Below are positions 37,095-51,689 of a stretch of 64,000 nt of DNA, piece after piece (the first letter of the stretch is position 1; every line of letters begins with the position of its first letter). The stretch spans positions 67,706,001-67,770,000 of the forward strand of contig OZ076409.1 in NCBI GenBank assembly GCA_964187785.1, read 5' to 3'. Under the pieces are notes generated by a model. The model was given only the letters and a program-made list of their open reading frames with translations, made no database searches and was not told the DNA's origin. Source of the stretch: Amphiscolops sp. MND2022 (lineage: Eukaryota). The translations under genes were made by a program, and so were the position numbers.

Positions 37095-38586
37095 GTGTTT
37101 CGCATTCTTGCAGTTGGGCCTTCAAAAAGCTCCCATTCGTCAAAATAGTGTCCTTTAAGCGTCAAATGGGGGTCACAAACTATGTAACGGCACCCTGTGA
37201 TCAACAAAATTTTGGAAGTTTTGACAAGTTTCTGAAAAATTCGTTCAAAACTGACTTGGCCCTCAAACATGAGTTCACGAGGTACCAGTCCCGCAAAAAT
37301 CATAAAGAGACAGCGCAAGCAAATCCCGCGAGGCGGAAAAAAGAAGCGAAATGTCGAAAAGGTGTGCGAAATGTCACAGAACCGAAAAACTGTAGCCTAT
37401 GCGCTAATTTCCACGGTGCCCATCACAGTTCGCACAGAACCAGTATTTCGGAGTAACCGCAATATCCGGACCCAGGGTTGTGCCAAACCCAAGTACCAGT
37501 GCCATGCCACCTAGACCCAATTCGCCAAACTGGATTTTAACTCTTCTTTGATGTATTTACTCATTTGTTTGATGAATTCTTGATTCGAGAGCTACCCTTG
37601 TTAATGTTGATGTCATTTACGTTAGATTCCCATCTGGATTGTTTAATTTAGTTCTATGCAACTTAGCCCCTTTTTACAGGCTATTTACGCAGTGGATACG
37701 AAGAAAAAGAGTATTTCGTGACTAGTAGCAGTAACAGACCGGAACAGGTTAGAAGGCATCCTTAGAGACGGTTCTCCCTTCTCGGGACCGGCATTCCTTA
37801 GGAGGACAAAATGGACTGGAGTCGTGGTGATTAGTCCCGAATCTCGACCCATGGCACCAGTTCCTCTATCCCTTGTAGCGAATAAACGCTCAGCGCTTTT
37901 CATTACACTAATTCTTTCGACCATAATCTCAATCTCCAACATAATTGTAGAGCATCAATAGTTTGCATCGTTGTGGCAATCTCGGTATGACGAAACTAAG
38001 GAGTTTGGGATTTATTTTCCAAAAGACTTTGTTTTCAGACTAAAAATACGTTCGAGATTTAACACCTGCAGTCACGTGCATCAAGCTCATTTTGTGCAAA
38101 TTTGTATCCAATGATCGAGAAGAAAGCGGTCTTCACAGCAATGGGCAAAACAATTGGTTGGAAAAACTCACGTCAATAAACATGAACGAGTAAAAAGCGC
38201 ATCACCACATTTACATTTGTAACTCCCATGTTCAAATGTAGAAGCCAGTTTTTGGAACCAAACTTGAGAATTCTCAAACCCTTATTCAATAAAATCCAGG
38301 CAGTTAGGGTCATAACATTTTCTTTTGTTGCCTTGATAAAATGGTGTGATCAGTTGATTGTTCTTGGTTTTGTAGATCACAATATTCTTTACGATAAACG
38401 GATTTCATTTGAAAAATGAATTTAAAATGATAAAGCTTCTGATTTTAGACTAAACCGGATAGATTGCATGAGAATAAGAATTAGCAGAAACTCAGTTATA
38501 AACAGATGCTCGAAAATACAGTCTGGTTTTCTCAAAAACGGAAGAAGGGAAAGATTAGAGGTGTTTTTTGTTTTTTTTTTCATTCC

Positions 38587-41500
38587 TCATCTCTCCAGCT
38601 CCATGTTTTCAACTCTGACCGATGGAGTGTGATTAGTAAAAGATCGAAGCAGCATCGTCATCATGTCTTCCGTGCGTCGTCCTCTATCGTCCATTTGTGA
38701 AATGGTCTGCTCCAGTTGCTCCAAGCGGGCATCTAACATTTCCAATCGGCCTGAAAGTGTTCCAAAAATGAGACACAACTACCCAGTATTCGACTTCCAA
38801 ACGTGACAGAATTTCAACAAATTGATCATAAATGAAAGTTGTAAATATCATTATCAGTAATCTTTCAAGTCTAATTGTGAAATAACAATGGCGCCTTTTT
38901 AATAGTCGAAAAGAACTACTCATAAGATCTTCCAAAACAATGCATTATTCTGACGAAATCTTTCGAGCATGTTTTTGCAACGATTAACTGATGTGTCGGA
39001 AACGGCATGTTATTTTTCTGAACTTGCAAGACTCATGCAGAGATGTCAAATATTTTAGATTTCGGTTAATAAAAACAATTTATACCTTCATGAATTAAAA
39101 TGTTGGCCTCCTTTTCCGAGACCTTGAAGAGTGGAATTGAATGAAAAACATTAGTGTTGATTAAAAATTTAAATTTGAATACAAACTTTGAATTTTGACC
39201 GACTTCATGTCAATCTTCCTCACTCTTTCCTCGATATTCTCTTGAAGTCTATGAACTGCTAGCCTCGAGTAGTCTTTGGCTCTGGAAAACCTTTTTGGGG
39301 TAAGTTATCAGTTAATTGAAGAGAAATATTGTTAGAGAGATACCTTTCTAGGTTTTTAAAGTAAAAAGTCAGTGACAAAAAAACTTTTACATTAATGTGT
39401 AACCTGATATCTTCCCATTTCTCAAGTTTGCTCATTTCACTGTCATCAAGCTCTTCTGTCAGTCGTTTCATGCCTGGAATCTTGGTCCTTTTGACACTCA
39501 TCCAAAAAAGGTACAGATCGTGGAAGATCGTAAACGGCGGAGGCATCCAGGGTCTGAAATTTGGACGAGCAAATTAAGAAAAAATTTTCAAAATATGAAC
39601 AAATGGAATGAATGTAAATTGGATATTTAATTTCTTTCATGTTGAGAAATTGAAAAAGAATTTACATCAATATGCTTTCTATCCAAGATTCACCTACTTC
39701 AAAACATGGAACTATAAACTTTTGAAAACTTCTCACCGATTGTAGTATTCCTGGATGAATTTGAATCGATGGAAAGCCCAATATAGATTCGATTGTTCAT
39801 TCACCGCAGCGTAGCGATTGTTGAAAATGGCGATCAATAAATTCAACAGCAGCACATTGGTGAATAACATGTACAAAGCTTTTAAAACGACGACGAACAT
39901 GACCAATAACTTGTTCTCTTCGGGGCACGTTTCGTATGGCCAAACTGCTTCAGAGCCTTGGGTACAGTTCTCAAATTTTGAAGCGCCTACTTCTTCAAAG
40001 TTTGGCTCTCCGAGCATTTCGAAGAAGGGTCTGAAGAAAATACCCCATGGAATTGTAAAGGGCGGCTCTTTCACACCAGGATAAGTGACAGCTTGAACTG
40101 CAATTCCATAGGCAATGATATACACTAAATAGAAAAAATCTTTGAGAATGGAAAGTTGAAAATAATCAGAAACTTTGAGAGTTTATCTGAAAAAGACGTA
40201 TTTCAAGACAAATAACTAAATTTTGCCTAAATTATTTTGACTATTATTAAAAATAACTATAACTTTGAGACTATAACTAACTAAAGATTTCACTTCATTA
40301 AGAGTTGATGAAATGATCATGTTCACCAACAACTGTTGCAAAAATTCAGAAGTGAATTACCATTGATATGGATGTTGCGCAAAAACTCAAAATATTTTTC
40401 AGATATGAAAGAGAGAAAGTCGAAGAACATACCCAGGGCTATGTACATGAAGAAGCTAAGGTCTTTGATCATTTTAGAAATCATCACTATTTTTGGACCC
40501 AAATTGCTGTGCATCGAGAATACACTGGGGAAGCGAATAAAGTATCCCATCAGACACAGAACGTAGAATAGATGAGCGACATTGAGCCAATCTGAAACAA
40601 ATCAATCCGATATAAAGGTCTTTGTTTCAATTCTGCAAGCTTTGCTTCCATAGAGTTGGCAAATCTTCTTTCAGGCAACAGAAAATCAAGATGAGTTAAG
40701 GATGTCTAGGATTTGGTCATGTATTTATTTTTATGTTTATGCTGATCCATGACGTCATGGCTTCCCAGCGATCGAAGACATGGTACGCTTGCCAAGAACC
40801 ATGGTAAATCGCTAGCTAGCCTTGCCAAGATCTTACCATGATCTCATCAAGATCTTGCCAAGGATACCATACCATGATTATGCAAGATCGTGCCAAGCGT
40901 ACCACGTTTTCCCATGTTATTGGTAAGGATGCCAAGATTAACCATGTTCTGGACAAGCATTCCATGGTAGCAAATCCGTTTTTTGATAACTCTCATTTTC
41001 TGATTCTATCTATTTTTATTGCGCTAGTTTCTATTGCATTCTCGAACTTCGGTAATTTCAACACGTTACCTCAATAGGTGATGTATTAGCAAGACTAACA
41101 AGATTAGCTAGAAAAGATGGGTTTTACACCGATATCGCAAACCCGCAAGTTGCAATAACTTGATTTGGAGTTTGTTTTGTATGATAAATTATGATAGTAG
41201 TAACCGTAGTATGCCGTGCTCTCCCTTACCAAAACGGTCAATAGGTGCACATTTTTGAGAAGTGTTGGACACTTTTCAATTAAAAGGCTTTTTTGGACAA
41301 ATAAATGTTTATCACAACGTCTTATTCAGAAATTGGAGACGACAAGAAATTTTTGTAGAAAGATGAAAAGAATGAATTATACAATTAAAAGCAGCTCACA
41401 TGTCTTACCATGTTATCTTGCCAGGATCTTACCAGGATCTTGCCATGATCTTGACAAGCGTTCCATGTATCATGATTTGCCATGATCTTGACAAGGGTAC

Positions 41501-44500
41501 CATGGTTACCCATGATTCAGCAAGATTAACCATGATCTTAGAAAGCGTAGCGTGTCTTCGATCGCTGGGTTTCGATCCCAGATCATCAATGACAACATGG
41601 TTATTTTCCAAGGAATTATTCTCAGAATATGGAACACATTGACCGATGATGAGTCATGGATGGAAAGCCATTACTTTCAGTGAATGAATGTGAAGATTCA
41701 GTCGTAAAATATTTAGCAATGAAATTTATCAAGGCAAACAACAGTTGTCGAGACCTCGATGCAAAATTAGAGAAATATTATGTTGCAAGTATTTATAGAT
41801 TTTTAGCTTTTTATGTAATTTTTAAAAGGTTGACTGAACATTAGATTTTCAAAAATCGGAACTTTTTCCTTTTCCCCCCACACTTTTCAAGATGATGTTT
41901 TTGCATTTAATTATATCTCAATTGCGTTTCCAATGAAACAGTTCAGCTTTAAATTTATTCTTAGTGTGACAGTTTAGGATTCAGATACAAACTTTGTTCA
42001 CACTTTTTTCCTATGTAGTCACTCATTTTTGATGAAGAAATCAACAGCTTCCTGTTTTGAGTCATCAATAAACACTCAATACGAGCATAATTAGTCAAAT
42101 TGTGTGAACAATGTTTTGTTCAAGCGCAAAACTACTCTAGTAGTGTGGAGACAACAAAACAAAGGAAAAGACTTATTCGAAGAAATATTGAATGATATAG
42201 TCAAATATAATCCTTCATGTTGAGTTTGTTTTCTTTAAAAAGTGTGGGGGGAAAAGGAAAAAGAGCCCAAAAATCCAGTAAAGTTATTCTGAACACTTGC
42301 TTGGAGTAGACTTGCTTACCTGACGGTGACAGCAACCGAATTATCAATCCTGGTAGAAACAAAACAATGGCTACCACATCAATGATGTTCCACCGGTCGT
42401 TGAAAAACACTCTAGTTTTCTTCTTCAATGTTGGCTCCAAAATTGTCATGAATTGTCTGAATTCCTCCACGGCCAAAGTGAAGAGCCACAGGAAGACGAC
42501 GTATTCTATACTGGTTGGTGTGTCCTTTAGACCTAACAGGACAATCTTAAATTTAGATACACACTTTGAAGATTTTCGAAGTTTTTGAGAGAACAATGAT
42601 TGCCATTCTACTGACTCGAGTCACTAGAATTACAATCATTGTTCTCTCAAAAATTTTGAGGAGACGAAATGAAAAAAAAATGAACACGACCGTGTGTTTG
42701 ATGTACCAATAATGATGAGCCAGACCTTTTGTCTTGTTTCCAAAATATAGTTCAATTTAATGAACCATTTTTCTTCCAAACTTCAAACTTTGGAACAATG
42801 GTCAATGAATTTGATTCGAATAAGTTCTTTCTTTGACCTACAACTTAACAGGCAAATACCCAGATATAAAATTGAAGGTCAACCAAATTTGAAACATACC
42901 TGCTAGAATTACGTAACTGAATAAAATGATCAAAGCCAGCTTCGAGGCGACATTGAGAATGAAAGTGACGATTGGAGCAGTGTAGAAAAACTTATAACGA
43001 TCAGCCAATGATATTTCTTCACTCAACACAACTTCCACTTGCGCCACTGAATCCACGCTTTCCTTTGGTACCAACGTTTTTTTGTCTACAGAGTTTGTTG
43101 ACCCCTCATTTGACACATAAGCGCTTGACTTCCTGTTAGTTGCATCTATTTGTTGTTTGGAAAGAATCGAACCGTTTCGATCAACATTCAAACTTTTCGA
43201 AATCTTTCTCAACTTTTCAAGCTCTCTATGAGTATCATGAGTGAACCATATTCCATAAACAAAAGCTGGGAAAAAAGTTGCGAGCAAAATTTTCCAAGTT
43301 GAGTTTCTGTCACTGATTTTACCCAGCCAAACTTCTTGAACTAAAGTTTGACATCCACTTTGTGCTATAAACATTTTGGAATCGGCTTGTTCTGCGAGAT
43401 CCAGACATGTTTTTTGACCCCAACAATCATGCTGGATTTTGAGCATGATGTGGGAAGTTTTGGGACTGAATGCATAACATGCGTTGAGCAATCCAATTGC
43501 TTTGCGTTCATAGTCTTTCTGCATTTTCTCTACCAAGTTTTTCAAATTTATGTCAACTTTGACAGCCGACGATTCCAACATTGCTTTTGTCAATAACATG
43601 GCAAAGAGAGCACCGGAAGTTTTGCATGGCATGTCTTCCCAGAAACATAGACTCAGTTGATGCCTCATGAATAACAACGAATAGACGAACAGTTCCCTTT
43701 CAGGGTCGCGACATCGCAGTGACTGGTCATCGTCGATGCTTTCATTAAATTCTTTTGGATTCCAAGTTTTAAAGAAGGCTGTTTTCTCAATATTGGAATA
43801 CTTGGGGACATAGTGTATATCAGCGGTCATCAACAAAGCTCTGTGAATTCTTTCCATTGTTTTCTCAGTTTCAGAGTACTTCCCTTTCAAAGTTTTCAAG
43901 ATTTCTGTCAAGTACTTGTCGTTGTACAATAACATGGTGTCATAATAAAGCGTTTGCACTTTTGACTTGGTCAGGAATATTTTCATTGGGACCATTTCTA
44001 CCAGAAGCTTGACAAATTCCACTTTGTTGTCAACTAAAGCTCGGGTGAGAAATTTCTCCAAATCTCCGTCATCTAGTCGATCGTCATTTTCTTTTCTCTG
44101 ATTTTTTGCCCAGTTATTCTGTGTATACTTTATTTATAATTTATAAGTGTTATTTCTAATTTTGAAAAAAAAGTTCAAATGGAATATGATTGGCCAAAAA
44201 AAGTTCGATTACTAACGCCAACTGGAAAAATGAAAATTTGTTTCATTTATCGTTCGATTGAAATTTTAGTTTTATAATTTAAAATCAAACGTTTGGGCAA
44301 AAATAGCTGCTCTTGGGTAGAGACCAATGATTACATTTTCTGTTTCAGTAGAATCAGGCTCATCCAAATCGTCTACATCCTTTTTGTTGATTTTGGCTAT
44401 CACCTGTACAGCCATATCATCTCTGTCCCATAGAAAAGATAAATGAAACTGCGTTCTCACATCCAAGTTTTGTGTGTCCAGAAGTGTTTGTAGAATAGCT

Positions 44501-46055
44501 TTATCCAGATCTCCGGTTATTTCACTTCGATCTTCATCCAGTTTAAAGATCCGGATACTGCTTTTGTAATTCAAACACTCAACAATCCATTTCACACTCT
44601 TATCAAGAAGTCTTCCCTTCAGTTTTAAAAGAGTTTCAGTCTTTGATCGGATATATTTTTCTAGCTTTTCCCTTTTAATTTGCTCACTTAAGTGGTCAGC
44701 ATGACTGAGTTTCTCAGAAATATAGACTGCGTATGCCAGAACATCAGCTGCTCGACCGGACCCCTCTATAACGACGCAAGGGGTTCCATTTATAAGAGCA
44801 TTTCGTACTGTGTCTATCGTCCCAGGACCCCCCTCGACCATAACACAAACGATAGGGACCCTGGTTCGTTTCTTTGCAACTCCATTCTCGCAAATTACTT
44901 TTTCAAACTTGCCCCGCAGGGCTATTTCTTTTCCGAAGCGGTTGTTTGATCCGTCGTCAACAAATAAAAAATGGGTATGGTTCGGGTCAAGTCCTGTGCT
45001 TTTCAGAGGTTTTTGGTACTGGGCTTCAAAAACAGGGGAAGAAGATGAGTCATGTGTTGGAGGTGGTATCAAAGCTTCTTTTCCCTTAATGGCACCCCAT
45101 GTTGCAATTCCAATTGCAACGACTTGGTGACTGAAAAATCCATTGGATAAAAAATTAAAGAACATTTTCTTAGGTATCTATATTTTGTCAATTACATAAT
45201 TCGGAAAGAGGGGTTATTGAAAATACTTAGAAAGCAAGGGAAATATATACTCCTAAATTAGTTTCTTGGTTTATTAACCCCAAAGATTTCTTCATGGATT
45301 TGCCAGTATTTTGAAACCCAGATATATCACTCTCGAAGTGGCACGTTTTATAAGCTTCAAATGATTTTCTCCAAGATGACATTGTTTTAGCCAAATAAAG
45401 AAATGATTTTGTCACTTCAACTTTACGATTAAACTAACTTGACACTGGAAGAAGGAGCCGACGTTGCAGTTAGTAACTGATCTCTCACAGCCTCCCCACA
45501 AATCTTCATAACACCTGCATTGGTACCCCCTGTAATTATCCAGGCACCTTTCGTTGCTGCAACTCTTTGCAATCCTCGTCGCAATCGATCGTGATCTTTC
45601 TTTTTCATAGCGAAATCGTTCGCACCTCCCGTGACCGAAATAATCAGCGAAGGTTTCGCCAACTTCCAGTGTTCATGAATGTATTCCACAAGTTGCGAAA
45701 CATTTACGTCATCATTAATGCGCATATAAGGTGAGTAACTGGCAATTGTATCTTGGTTTTCGAACACAATGTTCCCAAAACATCTCAGTTTAGTTTTTTT
45801 AGTGGATTTACTGGGGTCCCATGTTTTATTGAACGGTTGAATCACTATATTTTTGGAGTGATCTTCTAATTTCAGTCCACACTGACAATCTTTGGACTCG
45901 GCAAAATGTCGAGGACAGAACTCTTTGCAATGTTTCTGGTAAAATGGGGGATCTTTCGATTTAGAAGTGGTCGAAGTGAAAGCATTTCCAAGTTCCTTGT
46001 CACCACTTACGATACCTTCTCGTGGATGAATCTTGTTTTCTGGATGCTTCTTCAT
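38587..46055 (-). CDS. TRPM: TRPM-family cation channel, about 10 exons, no C-terminal enzyme domain seen
   Basis: MHR motifs PSLIISVTGGA, AWIITGGTNAGVMK, AIGIATWG, LDPNHTHFLFVDDG, VEGGPGT, EGSGRAAD; LGPKIVMISKMIKD, pore PFFEMLGE, S6 NVLLLNLLIAIFN, TRP box, coiled coil. Phase-compatible GT-AG exons: 46055-45439, 45130-44335, 44118-42900, 42532-42320, 40591-40433, 40124-39737, 39553-39404, 39281-about 39200; last two exons (about 39122-39086 and 38750-38587) less certain. Confidence 0.93.
40764..41570. repeat. Two inverted copies of a minisatellite-containing MITE-like repeat in TRPM intron 4
   Basis: CCCAGCGATCGAAGAC at 40764 and its reverse complement ending at 41570; internal (CCATGATCTTGCCAAG)-type units; related pieces near 27030-27080, 30663-30740 and 34010-34085. 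Confidence 0.65.
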
Positions 46056-47094
46056 TGCTATAGGCGGTTTGGAAAGCGTTTTGAGTTTGGTTCAAATTCT
46101 AACCAGATTTGAATGTCCTCAAGATGTTTGATCCGTTATGGTTCAGTTTTGTTGAAGGTATCTGAGTTCAAAGCTTTCGATTGAATGATAAATTGAATGA
46201 TACTTTCCACGCCACTTATAATAATAATGATCAATGTTTTAGTATACACATTCCGAGAGTAAGAAATTTATTTTCAGAAAATAGGCACATGATCGCCTTC
46301 CAGGAAAACCAATTGGATCATTCTCAAATAAGTTTGAGATGAATTCAAAGTACTGATAATAAAAAACTCTTCCATTAAATCATGTCAGCGTTAAAAAGCT
46401 CAAAGTACTTATTACGAATTCTCTTTTTGGAACTTAAGAGTTCGCTGTTCACTAGAAACGACATTTAAGAGCAATGTGACGCACGTTATCAAAATAAACA
46501 CATTGCCCCGCTGTGGTCAGGCTTCCCCGTAAAACTACATGCACATAGAAAAACGATAGAAAGTGTAAACAATTGGAATTCGGATTTAAAAGCAGCAAAA
46601 AGTTGCACCTGCTTTTTAAAATCATATACTCGCTCTGTCTTTGATCGAACGGTGGTGTACGAGAAAAATATTACGTGACAGTGAATATTTAATGCGCAAA
46701 CGCATATCAAACGCAAAACGAGAAGAATTTTTATACATTCAGAGTTCTGTCTAAAAGTTCAAATGAAGAAAATCAAATTTTGAACCGGTGTTCTGAATAA
46801 AATTGCAATATTAGTTTCGCTTCGTTTTCATTCATGGTTGATGATGAGTTTCTTATTTTCCGCCCATATTTCACATGGGAAAGGAAAATATTTAAATCAA
46901 ACGGTTTTTTTTACAAAATTTGCCCAGTATTAATTGTATACGTAATATGAAGAGGTACATTCACAGAATTCACCTGACATAAACTCAGTTTCATGCGATA
47001 TGTATTTATAAAGATTTTCGGACTTTTTTGGGTGAAACTTGCAAATGACCTAGTTTCGAGCTTATACCATTTTCTCAGTGCCAAAAATTACCCC

Positions 47095-47770
47095 AAACAA
47101 GCCGGGACCAGCCCAAGTCGGCGCCATATCCAAGGCTCAAAAATAGCAAAAAGACTTCCAAGTGTCAAGTATTCTTTTACAGAAGTCGAAAATCGAAAAT
47201 TTTTTGAAAAAATTACATACTAAAAAAATTGGACCGAGTGACGCGCCGGGGCTCGCTACCGCGAGCCCCTGGCGCGCTAACGTCTCACAATGCCGAAAAA
47301 CTGAAAGGGGGGACCCTTTGAGGTTTTTCAACATCCATTCTGTCGCAAAGCTTGAAAAAATTGAAGAAAAATTTTTTTTTATTTTCGGGAAAAAATCTCA
47401 CAATGCCGAAAAGAACTGAAAGGAGGAACCCTTTGGGATTTTCCAACATCCATTCTGTTGCAAAACATCAAAAAAATGCAGGGGGGACCCTTTGAGGAAA
47501 AAAAAATTTCGAAAAAAAATTCCGAAAAAAAGGTCTCGCAGTGCCGAAAAAAAATTGAAAGGGGGGACTCTTTGGTCTCTCCCGGTATGGTATGTTACGC
47601 GGAAAAACAGGTAAAACCATTTTGGTCCAGTTCGCTAGGCCAAATGGTGCAATTTGACACCATAATATTTTGTAGAACTTTTAAGAACTATTTTGGTCAG
47701 TTCGTGTGGATAGAAAAAAAAAAGAGTCACTATAATAGTCGCGTTTCACTTCATGAAGCGCCGACTAAAA
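47095..47770 (-). mobile_element. Helentron/DINE-1-like element, copy 6
   Basis: aaacaagccgggaccagcccaagtcggcgccatat start; gtcgcgtttcacttcatgaagcgccgactaaaaa end. Confidence 0.72.
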
Positions 47771-48837
47771 ATACGCCTGAGACTCGGAAACCACTTTTTT
47801 CCAAAAGGAATCTCAGAAAGCCAATTTTTTTCAGTGAAGTACTTTGATGGGGACACAAGGTCACAAACTTTCTCATTCCGAAATCAGTTATGCAATTAAG
47901 GGGACCCTTCGACGAATTGAAAATTTCGGAAAGACGCACAGAGCCGAAAAAAAACTGAAATGAGGTATTTCCCACAATCAATAAGAAACCTCATCATTTC
48001 TACATGATCAAAAGTAACAAAGAGGTCACCTTCAAAACTCGGGAAACTTATTTCCTTTACAGAAAACCTCAAAAACTAGAAATTGCAAAAAATGTTTTTC
48101 GAAAATTGTTTTCGAAAAAAATGAAAACTTTCTTTTACTCGGTAAGTCGCATAGTGCCGAAAAAACGAAAACTGATCAGCTATCGCAGAAATAAAAAACT
48201 AGGTGTTTCTTTTAAAAATGGGCAATGAATAATCAAAACTTTCTTCGAACTTCTCAGCATTTTTATAGAGCATTGGCTATTCTTGAGCCTCAAAATTATG
48301 TAGTTTTAGAACAGTTCGGTGCGGAAAATATCTCGCTGCTCAGCGGGCGTCTTGTTAATCAAACTATGCATATTTAAATTTTCACATAATGCTCTTCTAA
48401 GTAATCATGGTTTATTTTATCTCAACATTTTGTTACCGTTTGAATTCATCTACATGGTACCATTCAAATCATTAGAGGAAAAAATCATACAATCAATACT
48501 TCAATTTGGAGAGCATTATTCTTCTTAACAACATTGCAATGAAACAAAACGGGAACAAATTTCCAAATTTCAAACGTTTTTCCGTTCGTGAAAAAACAAC
48601 AATCAAGCGAAAAAATCTCGGGATAACCCAATGTTACAGTCCAACCGAAACTGCGCTACTGAAACCTTAACAAGAGATTTTAAGAGATTCTGAGAGCCGT
48701 TTTTCGGAAGATATGCTCCAAAATTCATTCAAAATGAATTCTTTTTTCGAAAATTTGCACGTGAACAAAAAAATCTGTAGAAAAATGCGACAGCCTTATG
48801 CATGACTTTGCTCATGCGTCCACTTTATCAAAGTAAT

Positions 48838-49437
48838 AACAAGCCGGGAACGGCCCAAGTCGGCGCCATATCTAAGGCTCAAAAATATTCAAGGAGAAAC
48901 TATTGGAAACATTTGGAAAAAAAAATATTTTTTTTTCAAAAAAAAGTCTTCGGTAAAAAAGTTGCACAATGCCGAAAAACCAAACAAAGACCATTTAGGC
49001 TCATTAAACGTTCTTTTACAAACCGAAAATTTCAAAAAATGCAAGGGGGTACCCTGTGATAGAATTCGAAGGTTTTCGAAAAAAGTTGCCTTGTGCCGAA
49101 AAAAAACAAAGGGGATAGGGATCCTTTGGTCTCACCTTTACTTTTGGAAGCATACAAAATTTGTGGTTTAGTGGGAGAATCGAAGCCACGCTTCCTGCTT
49201 CTCAGAAAATTAGTCGAAGTTGAACAAATTAACAAACATAGATTGTAGGAAAAGTGGACCATTCAGAGTGAGATTGTCAGCTGAAACAAAAACTACTCAC
49301 AGTAATAGTCGGTGTTTTGAACATCCTTAGTTCAAGTTGTTGAACAAATGAACAACAAAGTTGACCTTACGCGTCTAAAAAAACTACCAATTGTAAGAGC
49401 CGGGCACATTATCTACTAAAATGCGCCGACTAAAAAA
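48838..49437 (-). mobile_element. Helentron/DINE-1-like element, copy 7
   Basis: aacaagccgggaacggcccaagtcggcgccatatctaaggctc start; gcgccgactaaaaaa end. Confidence 0.72.
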
Positions 49438-50197
49438 ACGGGAATAACGTCCAAATCTTTAGACGTTATTCCTGAAAAATGAGTAAAATTTAGACGCTAT
49501 TCCTTCAGACCTTATTCCTCAGACGTTATTCCCGCTCATAGATCCTCCCTGGAAAACGGAATAAGATCTAACGCCTAAGATCTAAAACACTTGAAGGGAG
49601 TAGGCTCTAAAGAATAAGATCTAAGAAAATGCGAGACCGCCTAAGATCTAATGGAATAAGATCTGACGGAATAAGATCTAAACAATTGAGTTTTTAAAAA
49701 AGAAAGCAGATAAGACCAAAAAATGTAGGAATGATTTAAAGTATAAAACGTGCCCCGGATATGTCCCCATTTCCTCTAGTGCCCCGATGCCCCTTGGGGC
49801 CGCCTATGTTCCCATCTTGCTAAGCGAGGTCGAACAGAACCAAAGTCCTAGCGGAAACGGAGATCGCGAAGCGATCGTAGTGGGAGCTGGTCTTTGCGAC
49901 GGTGAGGGCGAGCGTGCATACACCGAATATGCCCCACATTATGTGGGAAAAGTAAAAATATTCTGAATGATTCTTGTTCGAATTAAGGGTACCGTAGACA
50001 ATGATACCCTTGCCACCACCCATTTTTGTGCCAGGCATTTTGTGTGGAAACATTGAGAAGTTGATATTTTTACTTCCAGAAAGTTCAATTTTTAAAACAG
50101 GAATAACGTCTAAAAAACGGGAATAAGGTCTAAAAAACGGGGAAAATGATTCAAATTTAGACCTTATTCCCGTTTTAAATTTAGACGTTATTCCCGC
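49438..50197. repeat. Fold-back/MITE-like element with arrays of GGAATAA(C/G)GTCTAA and its inverse
   Basis: cgggaataacgtc at the left end, gacgttattcccg at the right end; many aataagatctaa / ttagacgttattcc units. Confidence 0.6.
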
Positions 50198-51647
50198 CCG
50201 TCATCTTTGTCGTTATTCATTCGCATTTCTGAATCATATGAGTGCAGCTTAGAATCCACCGAGAAACTAATCCATCCACCAGATCTAACGTTTCCATCCC
50301 TGACCTTCTCTTCGGGATCTTCTGTGGCGACTGTATATGCTGCTATTGCATTCAGTGTCACCTTATCTATCATACGTGTTTTCGCGCCATTGGCAATACC
50401 CAGACAAATGTTGCATGATTGCTGGTTGAGCATGTTGTTGCATTGGTTCATCTATCGTGCATCAATGTTGTTCACATCTGCATTGTATTGTCGTGAACAT
50501 ATTGGGCTTCTGAACTTATCCACCCTGCGGCGTTGTATCAGCATCTGTGATTTCGCTGAAGGTTAGTCTGTGGTCGGCATTGGGATAAAATAGCTTTGGA
50601 GCTCCGAGAACATTGGGGTGTTGTCAAGCTGGATTTCATGATCAACGTTTGTATCTACACATTCGCATCGAACCAATTTTTGGTTATCTTGGGAAGGGTT
50701 TTCCGCTAAACTTGTCAAATGGGTTCCAGAGGCGTGAAAGTGCCGGTTAATGCAGGTACATCATATTTTGGGGAGCCGCGGGTTATTGAAAGTATATCAT
50801 CTTCCCCGTTGTCACTACACTCGAGGGAACTATTGAGATACCTGGCACGTCATCAACATGATGTTTAATATTTCTCTCTTTATCTCAGTTCTAGCTATAT
50901 CTTTTGTCATGTTAGTTTCTACAATTACATATTTAACTGCGAAGTCTTGCCACAGTTTCGTCCTTGTGCTTCGTCATGGTATCTCTCGTAGGACCTTAGG
51001 CTCTTCATGATGCTGACTCTTTTTCAAATCACTTGATAAATTGATTAGGTCTGTTGATTAGGTTGATACGGAATTCAATTTCTCGTCATTTGTCAATAGG
51101 CTTGGGATTCGAGATGTTCAATTTTTGAAAACCATACGTGTTTTAGGAAGTTTTGACTTTAGTGTGCAGCTGCTTAATTGTTTGACAACCACAAGAGTGG
51201 TAATTCGTTCCTGCTTCTTTTTCGGTGGAAGTTTTTTTGGGTTATTTTGAGGTAGTTGACCAATAGGTTGTTTGAATAATCCTCGTGGGGATGTCGAAAA
51301 CACTTGCACTTTTACCCAAAATAGCATCACAAGAGTATTGCATAAAACGCATGAATTCTTTTTACGTTTTGTATCATCGCTCTGATCAGACTAAAGTTGA
51401 ATGAAAAACCTTTGAACACTCTAAAAATGAAATGTTATGAATGAAAAAATTGCACGATGTTCAAGGCTATTGTTTCGTTTCAACGTTTTTTACTTTCGAA
51501 ATTACATTTTCCTTTTTAAATATTGAATCTCAAGAAAACGCGATGGAAAGGTGTACTTGTTGATAAACAAGATAATTGGGGTGAGATTTACTTACCTCGA
51601 ATGCAAGTTCATTATATCATGTAAACTTTTAAAGTTAAAAGTATCAT

Positions 51648-51651
<4 letters not shown>

Positions 51652-51680
<29 letters not shown>
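51652..51680. repeat. (CT)n microsatellite
   Basis: Run of ct dinucleotides followed by poly-T. Confidence 0.9.

Positions 51681-51689
<9 letters not shown>

Noticed and set aside
36292..37318. F/K-rich ORFs here and at 33170-33592, 47137-47847 and 48802-49262
   Set aside because: Translations of poly-A/T tracts inside non-autonomous repeats.
37700..37745. Possible minus-strand hammerhead ribozyme (ctg..actgctactagtcacGAAA)
   Set aside because: The CUGAUGA core and one stem-II arm are missing; at best a dead remnant.
43348..45130. Plus-strand ORFs overlapping TRPM exons, and similar shadow ORFs opposite pol
   Set aside because: Antisense shadows of real coding sequence with no independent support.
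50188..51330. Decayed minus-strand ORF fragments, possibly a TE remnant
   Set aside because: No recognisable motif; too fragmented to assign.
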